The notes under the pieces were generated by a model, which had not been told where the DNA came from, made no database searches, and was given only the letters and a program-made list of their open reading frames with translations. Positions 57,871-64,000 of a stretch of 64,000 bases of DNA are shown here, in pieces (within the stretch, counting starts at the first letter, position 1; each line of letters opens with the position of its first letter). The stretch is from a virus. Where the stretch lies: positions 32,001 through 96,000 of IMG/VR virus record IMGVR_UViG_3300036944_000561. One strand, written 5' to 3'. The position numbers were made by a program, and so were the translations under genes.

Positions 57871-58647
57871 TTATTCGGTAAATAGATCTTCAAATCGTTG
57901 AACTATTTTATCAACAGCTCTTTCGGATTGTCGATATACTGTCAACATTTCACGATTATCGAAGTTTTTACGAAGAATATCAATCACCGACAATTTTGTT
58001 AGGAACCCCCGGCCATACTTAGGATTTTCTATTACAACATCAAACATCGACTCGCAATAATGAACAACCCATTGTTCAGATTCGGTGTTATCTCGACTGG
58101 CCGACAATTTCTGATACAAATTGAACAACGAATGATCATGAAAAACTTCGGCTTTGTGTCTTGAAGACGTTTCTGACAACGAATCAAGAACATAATCAGG
58201 AATATCCTTCTGATATCTTTCAACCGCTCCATAAGAAAGTTTGATCACATATGGGGTGAAATCAGAACAAACTACCGCCACCGGGCAATCTACAAATACA
58301 CAACCATTGATTCTATTCTGAGGATATTGACCAAAAGTTAGAATTCCAAATTCTGGTTTCAATTCACCAGGGATTCTAATTTCTTCAACCTGTCTGTTTG
58401 AATTTTCCGGAATAGTGTACTCATCGCAAACAATAGTGTACACTCCCCGTTGTTCGTTGATGAGGATTTTATGATCATACCTTAACATGTATGGGGCTGG
58501 CCGATATCCGAGTGTTTCTAGGAGGAGTTCTTCTTCCGTGGTGGAAATTATCGCTGATTCTAACATTGAATATCGCAATCCATCGGTTTGAAAATCTTCA
58601 GGAGTACGATAATACACTTTTTCACGTTGATCTATCAAAATTTTCAT
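57871..58647 (-). CDS. hypothetical protein
   Basis: 258-aa ORF coupled to the upstream gene. Confidence 0.6.
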   Translation of the reverse strand: MKILIDQREKVYYRTPEDFQTDGLRYSMLESAIISTTEEELLLETLGYRPAPYMLRYDHKILINEQRGVYTIVCDEYTIPENSNRQVEEIRIPGELKPEFGILTFGQYPQNRINGCVFVDCPVAVVCSDFTPYVIKLSYGAVERYQKDIPDYVLDSLSETSSRHKAEVFHDHSLFNLYQKLSASRDNTESEQWVVHYCESMFDVVIENPKYGRGFLTKLSVIDILRKNFDNREMLTVYRQSERAVDKIVQRFEDLFTE

Positions 58648-58865
58648 TTTGTTTCCTTATAACAGGTGTTTTTGAATTGGTCATATTCCAATGATGTCAG
58701 ATTACATTCATGAATTGATATAGCAGTTTTGATTGACGCTAGAAAGATTGATAATACAATCCAACCTAAGAACCAAAATATCATCTCTTTCTTGGTATCA
58801 ACGTTCAGAACAAACCACAAAGCTATTGGGGCAAGAAATCCAGAAAACAATAACAAATAAAACAT
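58644..58865 (-). CDS. small membrane protein
   Basis: Two hydrophobic helices; ATGA overlap. Confidence 0.6.
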   Translation of the reverse strand: MFYLLLFSGFLAPIALWFVLNVDTKKEMIFWFLGWIVLSIFLASIKTAISIHECNLTSLEYDQFKNTCYKETK

Positions 58866-58866
58866 T

Positions 58867-59079
58867 CTATTTCTCCCATTCTAATTGTTCGATCTTTTTC
58901 TTTACATTTTCCAAGATATTCAATTTGGTTTCTTTCCTGGTTTCATCCCTAATCCATTCACACATCCGAAGTATTTCGTTCCCTTGTTTGACGTTCTTTT
59001 CGACGATTGATTTGACCTTCCCATTGACTTCTATTTCAATCAATCCTGTTATGGCGTTGTATGAGTTCAAGCGAGCCAT
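58867..59079 (-). CDS. hypothetical protein
   Basis: TGATG coupling at 59079 gives MARLNSY... Confidence 0.55.
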   Translation of the reverse strand: MARLNSYNAITGLIEIEVNGKVKSIVEKNVKQGNEILRMCEWIRDETRKETKLNILENVKKKIEQLEWEK

Positions 59080-59393
59080 CACGATCTCCCATAATTTTCT
59101 GGTGACACCCAGCGACCTTGTGAATCTTTCAACAAACATTTCTGAGAAGTTGCATCGTATCTTGATTCAACTTCGTGAGCATGACCTTGAATTTTACAAT
59201 GACCGAATCGGACACCATGATATATACTACTCAGAGGTATCGAACACAAAAGAATAATGAATATTCTGTATGTGTTGGCTTTCCATAAGGGGATTTTCCC
59301 GCTTGGGAGACTAAACACAATAACCGAGAATATTATGACAGAACCAATGAAAGACAACATAGAAGAAAACTCCAGCAAATGAATTTTTGTCAT
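59079..59393 (-). CDS. small membrane protein
   Basis: Two TM helices followed by a C..C periplasmic-type tail. Confidence 0.6.
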   Translation of the reverse strand: MTKIHLLEFSSMLSFIGSVIIFSVIVFSLPSGKIPLWKANTYRIFIILLCSIPLSSIYHGVRFGHCKIQGHAHEVESRYDATSQKCLLKDSQGRWVSPENYGRS

Positions 59394-59426
59394 TATACTG
59401 GAGTTATTTTCAATTGAGTTTAATTT

Positions 59427-59666
59427 CTAATTGAAGAAATGAATGCTGATGATCGCGTCTTTGTAGTCTCTAATCATTCTTTCTGAGGCTCGCTTTGCTT
59501 GAGCATCGAGGCCGGAAATGTTGTGTTGGGTTGCGGTATACTTGTCCAGGAGTTTCCCGTTTTTGTCGGCAGCTGTCACGATAACACTACACAGCTCAGC
59601 AGAAAACCAATTTCCTTCAGCAGTCAGTGTTGGTTTCACGGTACGTTTCAATTCGTTGTAAGTCAT
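59427..59666 (-). CDS. small early protein
   Basis: First gene after early cassette copy 4. Confidence 0.7.
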   Translation of the reverse strand: MTYNELKRTVKPTLTAEGNWFSAELCSVIVTAADKNGKLLDKYTATQHNISGLDAQAKRASERMIRDYKDAIISIHFFN

Positions 59667-59757
59667 TTTCGTATCCTCTTAGGGTCAGGCGATGTTGCCT
59701 CATTGGAAACCATTATACGCTTTTGAAAGTTCAAGTAAAGCCTTTTTGAAAAATAAT
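59667..59757 (-). promoter_or_regulatory. early promoter / stem-loop / RBS cassette, copy 4
   Basis: CTTTAC-17 nt-TATAAT-GGTTTCCAATGAGGCAACATCGCCTGACCCTAAGAGGATACGAAA-ATG, nearly identical to copy 2. Confidence 0.9.
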
Positions 59758-59958
59758 TTTCAAAATTTCTTTAGACGATACAAGGGTACATTTCGAACGA
59801 ATTTCTTTGATTCGGTTCTTTGGAATATCGTAATGGGAATGTGAACAAGAATGGAACCAACATCGTTTGATATTCAATTGATCCGCCATCTTGTGAAGGT
59901 TCTCTATTGAGTACGGAACACATACAAGATGGCGTTTGTTATCGCAGTAAAATTTCAT
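59731..59958 (-). CDS. DUF4031-like protein
   Basis: HLV......LH..A..L.I.R.WF......HYDI motif. Confidence 0.65.
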   Translation of the reverse strand: MKFYCDNKRHLVCVPYSIENLHKMADQLNIKRCWFHSCSHSHYDIPKNRIKEIRSKCTLVSSKEILKIIFQKGFT

Positions 59959-60215
59959 TGAGAAAGTTTGTAGTATTCAACCGGGGAGAACCATTTTGAT
60001 TTTTCTTTGTAGAAGAAACCATAGCAGAAGAACACGTTTAAAGATTGAGCGAGAACGAAGAAATCTGGGGCAGAATCTTCTTTGTCTAAGATATTGACCG
60101 GGAATGCCGTATAACCATCACCATTGTCGTCAAGATAACACCCGAAATATTCTGTCCTGAAAGTTGGTATGAAATCCAAAACGACCAGGAATAACCATTT
60201 CAATATTTTCATCAT
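59955..60215 (-). CDS. hypothetical protein
   Basis: Coupled ORF preceded by TAAATA at 60242. Confidence 0.55.
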   Translation of the reverse strand: MMKILKWLFLVVLDFIPTFRTEYFGCYLDDNGDGYTAFPVNILDKEDSAPDFFVLAQSLNVFFCYGFFYKEKSKWFSPVEYYKLSQ

Positions 60216-60282
60216 CTATATTCCTTTTGAGAGGTTGAAAATATTTAGCAGTTTCCTGTTACAGAAACCGCTCTGTTGGTTA

Positions 60283-60897
60283 CTACTTTTCTAACAATTT
60301 TGCTAGGTGATAACCTTCAAGCTCCCACAGTTTATCACGAGAAGAAGCTGAACATTTCTTGATGGCTTCTCTTGCGCCGATTTCTGGATTGAAATTTTTA
60401 GGATCAGCACATGATGTAAATTCATTCGTGAGAGTGAACATCTTTTCACCAATCTTCAGCATTCCTGTTGCAACAATGGTCTGTGTTCCTTCAATTTGGT
60501 ATGTTACGAAACTGGTCTGACGCATCAACTCATCAATTTTCGAAACATCAACTTTCGGGTATACTGAGCCAGATTGTTCCAATTCTTGTTGAACTTTATG
60601 TTCATGTTGTTCTTTCAGAAAATCAAGATACTCTATTGGATCGTCGAAATAATTTCCATCTTCAAGTTCTATCCACCAATCACACCATAGTCCGTCTTCA
60701 TCGAGAATTTGTAGACAATTCATATTGCAATAGTCTGGTTTGATGTTATGATTCAGCTGAAATAGGTCATAATTAGCAAGAACATCCATAATATGAACGC
60801 CTTGCTCGACACTTTCAACCGGAACCGTAAACGCTTCCATCGGTACTTGCGGAATGTGAAAAACTCGTAATTGTGGTTTCATTTCATCTTGTTCCAT
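60283..60897 (-). CDS. fusion of a P22 gp17-like domain and a Gp49 (N4 gp49/Sf6 gp66)-like domain
   Basis: LRVFHIPQVPMEAF.V.V.SVE.G......LA.YD.FQ...NIKPDYCN plus SCADP.NFN.EIG...A......KLWELEGY.L. Confidence 0.65.
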   Translation of the reverse strand: MEQDEMKPQLRVFHIPQVPMEAFTVPVESVEQGVHIMDVLANYDLFQLNHNIKPDYCNMNCLQILDEDGLWCDWWIELEDGNYFDDPIEYLDFLKEQHEHKVQQELEQSGSVYPKVDVSKIDELMRQTSFVTYQIEGTQTIVATGMLKIGEKMFTLTNEFTSCADPKNFNPEIGAREAIKKCSASSRDKLWELEGYHLAKLLEK

Positions 60898-61273
60898 TAT
60901 CTTTCATTCGTTGGATGTTGAGGGCTATTGCTTCCTGGGTTGGATAATACTCACCAAACCACTCAGAAGGGATCTCAGCCTTTGCTGATTGTATTGCTGT
61001 CACCATCATACCCTCATTAGGAGAATATCCCCTACGGATCATTTCAGAGTATAAGGAATCTATTCGATCGATGATATACTGTAATCGAGTATAGAAAAAT
61101 GTCACATGACCAGACCCCAACGTATATTTTTCCGGGGATAATACATCGGCAGGGGTATGCCCTTTTCTTACCCGGTCTTTCACATATCCAAAAACTCGCC
61201 AAATCTCTTTCCATTCTCCGGCAAGTTCTGGTTGGGTCATTTCTGATACAGGAACAACGTTGATGCGTGTCAA
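60884..61273 (-). CDS. denV: pyrimidine dimer DNA glycosylase / endonuclease V
   Basis: TRIN N-terminus, L..E..E..R and Y.LG.GHV.FFY motifs; TTG start at 61273 with a GAGGA SD. Confidence 0.9.
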   Translation of the reverse strand: MTRINVVPVSEMTQPELAGEWKEIWRVFGYVKDRVRKGHTPADVLSPEKYTLGSGHVTFFYTRLQYIIDRIDSLYSEMIRRGYSPNEGMMVTAIQSAKAEIPSEWFGEYYPTQEAIALNIQRMKDNGTR

Positions 61274-61279
61274 TTGAAA

Positions 61280-61311
61280 TATCCTCATAACGGTAATGTG
61301 TTATGAGGATA
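61280..61311 (-). promoter_or_regulatory. hairpin sequestering the denV Shine-Dalgarno
   Basis: 12-bp stem TATCCTCATAAC/GTTATGAGGATA with an 8-nt loop. Confidence 0.6.
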
Positions 61312-61329
61312 CTAGGATAGATGATAGAA

Positions 61330-61402
61330 GTAAAGTGAAAGGTTGCCGGGCTTTGCACCCGACTCGCTGGCTTGAGGGCGGTGAGAGACGCCACCTCATC
61401 TA
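61330..61402 (-). ncRNA. candidate structured RNA with tRNA-like T-arm
   Basis: Follows TATAAT; TCGGG-TGCAAAG-CCCGG stem-loop; GAGGTGG/CAACCTT pairing; too short for a canonical tRNA and no CCA. Confidence 0.35.
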
Positions 61403-61643
61403 GTATTATAAGACCCGTACATCAGAGTGTAGGTCAGCCCCTTGCGGGCAAAGCGTGTTTCATAGCTCAACTAGATTTTGCTCCACACACTCCGTTTTGT
61501 CATAACCAGACTTATTGAACAGAAGTCTTGACCACATTGGAATTCGGGCTTCTATTCTCACCCTTGTTTTAGACCAGACAAGTGTCGACTCAGTACAAGG
61601 GAACGATTCTATTATAGCGGATGATTCTTCAACATCTTACAAT

Positions 61644-62051
61644 TTAATTAAGATGATACCCGGCCAAATATTGTTCTCTGGTGATGATACAGGGACAATC
61701 ATCTTTCATGCGAGCTTCAACTTTCTTTTCAATCAAATTTTCTTTGGTCTCTCCCTCTTCTAGATATCCGTCTGAAGCCATTTGGTCATAGAATCTATCC
61801 ACCCATGCTGTGCATGATTCCACTGCAACCTTTTCGAAAACTTGAACAAACACCATTGTTGTATCATCAGGAATGGTGTCATGCGTCTTTTCTTTATTCC
61901 ATGGTCCGATATGACACATATCCCCATCACATTTGGTGCATCCAATAATGAACGGAGTCACCCCGTCTCGTGAATTCCAAACCATTTCACTGTGACCACA
62001 TTCTTGACAAACATATTTCATATTACAAAAAGCTTCAGCATGTTGGTGCAT
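61644..62051 (-). CDS. Zn-ribbon hypothetical protein
   Basis: C..CGH.E..WNSRDGVTPF.I.C..C pattern. Confidence 0.6.
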   Translation of the reverse strand: MHQHAEAFCNMKYVCQECGHSEMVWNSRDGVTPFIIGCTKCDGDMCHIGPWNKEKTHDTIPDDTTMVFVQVFEKVAVESCTAWVDRFYDQMASDGYLEEGETKENLIEKKVEARMKDDCPCIITREQYLAGYHLN

Positions 62052-62062
62052 AATAACGGTTC

Positions 62063-62374
62063 CTATTCTTTTATTGAAATTCTTGGCATGAATGACAAAT
62101 CAAAGAAACAGTCCCCCATCAGCGACATACCATATCGAATTCTTCCATGTTCAGCAATATCTTGTTCTCCGGCCTTTGTCATTGCAAAGGTTTCAAGAAG
62201 TTTGTTGATCAAGTCGTCTGGTTCCCCAGCATCTTTCACCCAAGGAATAAAAATGATGTCAAAGTCCCGAGACATGCTTCCGTGTATAGCGGCAGCGTAG
62301 CCAAACGATCTAGCAATCTCGGCAATTTGGGGATATATTGCACAGTAGTATGGAGCAAGGGTAGCGGGTTTCAT
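62063..62374 (-). CDS. hypothetical protein
   Basis: A...GYA..IHGS..RD.D.I..PW pattern, possibly nucleotidyltransferase-like. Confidence 0.5.
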   Translation of the reverse strand: MKPATLAPYYCAIYPQIAEIARSFGYAAAIHGSMSRDFDIIFIPWVKDAGEPDDLINKLLETFAMTKAGEQDIAEHGRIRYGMSLMGDCFFDLSFMPRISIKE

Positions 62375-62931
62375 TCGGCATTCCTCATATAATCATCATA
62401 TTCTTGCTTTGTGACGATATACCACCATCCGTCTCCAACAATCATTTGACTCATAGCACAAGGATCAATCCACTTTCCACACTGTAACATCACCGGGACG
62501 AATTCTTCACAATCTGATATTCCCTTCCAATTCGGAGATCTAACAGCGACACCATCAACTGATTTCCCTTCATTGAGCCTAGGCCAGTTATAACCAAAAT
62601 GTTTTAGAACTTTCTCTACATAAATGAAATCAATCGGAGGACGATTAAAGTGTAACCACTTTTCAACATCAACCAATTTCTTGAGCCTATTTGATTTCAA
62701 TCTTGTTTTATCAATATCTTTGGAAGAAATCATCAATTCGATAGCGGCGGTCACATCACCCAATTCTTTCTCAAGAAGAGTTCTATTCGAAATATCCGGT
62801 GAATCTGGATGATACGATTCGTAACCATGTCTGAGAATCTTACCACAAATTTGAATTACTTCGCCGCATTCCTCTAGCAATAATGCAATTCTTTCATTTT
62901 CTGCCTGGGTTAACCTTACAATTTTTGCCAT
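62371..62931 (-). CDS. MazG-like pyrophosphohydrolase domain protein
   Basis: LLEECGEVIQ...KILRHG ... LEKELGDV. Confidence 0.7.
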   Translation of the reverse strand: MAKIVRLTQAENERIALLLEECGEVIQICGKILRHGYESYHPDSPDISNRTLLEKELGDVTAAIELMISSKDIDKTRLKSNRLKKLVDVEKWLHFNRPPIDFIYVEKVLKHFGYNWPRLNEGKSVDGVAVRSPNWKGISDCEEFVPVMLQCGKWIDPCAMSQMIVGDGWWYIVTKQEYDDYMRNAE

Positions 62932-62945
62932 GGTGTTCTCCTATG

Positions 62946-63134
62946 CTATAATTGTAGAATATTCGAATAATGTTTTCGTGTTTCTTCTGTTAGTGAAGTA
63001 ACAATTTTCTTCTTGACTTGAACTAACATCTTTTCTTCAATATGATCGATTAAATTTTTAATCATATCGATATCAAACTGATTGGTTTCTGAGTCTTTCT
63101 GCCTATTCAGAACGCGGTTCATCCTCGTTATCAA
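62946..63134 (-). CDS. hypothetical protein
   Basis: Short ORF in the early operon; start uncertain. Confidence 0.4.
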   Translation of the reverse strand: MITRMNRVLNRQKDSETNQFDIDMIKNLIDHIEEKMLVQVKKKIVTSLTEETRKHYSNILQL

Positions 63135-63303
63135 TCATTACTTCCACATCATATTTGTCAGCAAACACCGGAGTTCCATCACACCGTCTGATAATACAAT
63201 AATCGTGAGCAACAAACTCAACTCTACCACTATTTTTCGAAATTGATAATGGGGTACATGTTCCGAAAACTTCCTGGCCGATTTTTAATTCTGATAATTT
63301 CAT
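63103..63303 (-). CDS. small early protein
   Basis: First gene after the early promoter at 63304-63364; GAGGT SD. Confidence 0.65.
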   Translation of the reverse strand: MKLSELKIGQEVFGTCTPLSISKNSGRVEFVAHDYCIIRRCDGTPVFADKYDVEVMIDNEDEPRSE

Positions 63304-63364
63304 AGTGTTACCTCATCGAGTTATCGTTGAGAACCATTATACGGGGATTTTGTGGGAAGTAAAG
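63304..63364 (-). promoter_or_regulatory. early promoter (diverged member of the cassette family)
   Basis: CTTTAC-17 nt-TATAAT-GGTT. Confidence 0.75.
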
Positions 63365-63430
63365 GAGAAAGGATGTCGCTGTTTTTCCGACTGGCCATCC
63401 GGTTACGGGTTCCGGAGTCTTTCGACCGAT

Positions 63431-63763
63431 TTACCGACTACGCTCTAGCGGGTGTTCTTCATTCCAGAAAGAATATATTTTCTCAGCAATAAAACCTATC
63501 AGATACGCCATGTGTTCATTGCTTGTTTCTGGTTGTAAAAGATTTCCGGTATAATCGAAAATCCTACTAGCAACATGAAATGATTCATGTGCCAATGTGT
63601 TGACATCAGTTGCATCCCTCATGAAAATATAGAATGTGCTCCCATCATGAGAAACTTGACCATGACATTCATCAACTGAAAATCCTGTATCCTTCGTATA
63701 TTCTACATCATCGAAATATACTCGAACAACACAGTCATATAGATCTATACTGAAAGATTTCAT
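63431..63763 (-). CDS. HExxH-motif (zincin-like) hypothetical protein
   Basis: TLAHESFHVA...E..AYL; ATGA overlap places the start at 63763. Confidence 0.6.
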   Translation of the reverse strand: MKSFSIDLYDCVVRVYFDDVEYTKDTGFSVDECHGQVSHDGSTFYIFMRDATDVNTLAHESFHVASRIFDYTGNLLQPETSNEHMAYLIGFIAEKIYSFWNEEHPLERSR

Positions 63764-64000
63764 TTCAAATCTTTCCAATCAATAAAGCGATATCCATCAA
63801 CCAAGATCTGCTCACGGTCATATCTATCCGCAAGGATGAAATTGTATCTAAGATTGTGTGTATCACCATCGATGTCAACACCGATTGTCGCATCATATTT
63901 CTTCAACAATTCCGAAAGTTCTTTTTTGAAAGAACCAACATCAATGTTTCTGTCTCGTGGTAGAACATTTACGCCGGGACGAGAATTGAATTTGTTAGCG
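63760..64000 (-). CDS. partial hypothetical protein (5' end outside the window)
   Basis: Open frame from the window edge to TGA at 63760. Confidence 0.55.
   Translation of the reverse strand, partial: ANKFNSRPGVNVLPRDRNIDVGSFKKELSELLKKYDATIGVDIDGDTHNLRYNFILADRYDREQILVDGYRFIDWKDLK

Noticed and set aside
61330-61402. Opal-suppressor or selenocysteine tRNA (CC-TCA-AG)
   Set aside because: Only 28 nt separate the acceptor-like helix from the T-arm, the bases flanking TCA do not form an anticodon stem, position 33 is C and there is no CCA. Kept only as an ncRNA candidate.
61420-61445. tmRNA 5' end (GGGGCTGA)
   Set aside because: No matching 3' acceptor strand ending in CCA and no tag reading frame were found.
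51815-61625. T4 MotA-type middle promoters at the (C/G)GC-TATAAT/TATACT sites before gp45, NADAR and the 61.6-kb region
   Set aside because: The -10 boxes are visible, but no correctly spaced MotA box or consistent -30 motif could be identified.

Overview
The whole 64-kb window is part of a lytic T4-superfamily myovirus genome, distant from T4 itself. An i-spanin/o-spanin pair points to a Gram-negative host. No host chromosomal genes, integrase, CRISPR array or canonical tRNA were found. The T4 virion block runs on the minus strand: gp6, a gp7-like wedge, a VrlC-like wedge, gp13-gp20, gp67, gp68, gp21-gp23. gp54, gp2, gp25 and gp5 lie elsewhere in the window. Replication and repair genes include gp32, ligase, a gp59-like loader, primase, gp45, gp44 (with a 146-aa mini-intein), gp62, RegA, a DinG-like helicase and DenV. 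There is also a lysis cassette, two homing endonucleases, two oppositely oriented tailspike genes and many accessory ORFs. The most interesting observations are: (1) a late ADP-ribosyltransferase-like polyprotein gene directly upstream of NADAR and a PLP enzyme of the thymidine-hypermodification type; (2) a 9.1-kb receptor-binding cassette bounded by an 83-bp inverted repeat, with a 23-bp identical core shared by the two tailspike genes; (3) repeated ~90-bp early-promoter/stem-loop cassettes driving accessory genes; (4) several putative capsid-packaged cargo proteins, one of which reuses a gp67-like N-terminus; (5) a ~330-nt structured non-coding region with a tRNA-like T-arm. All protein assignments come from motif recognition by eye; no database searches were run.
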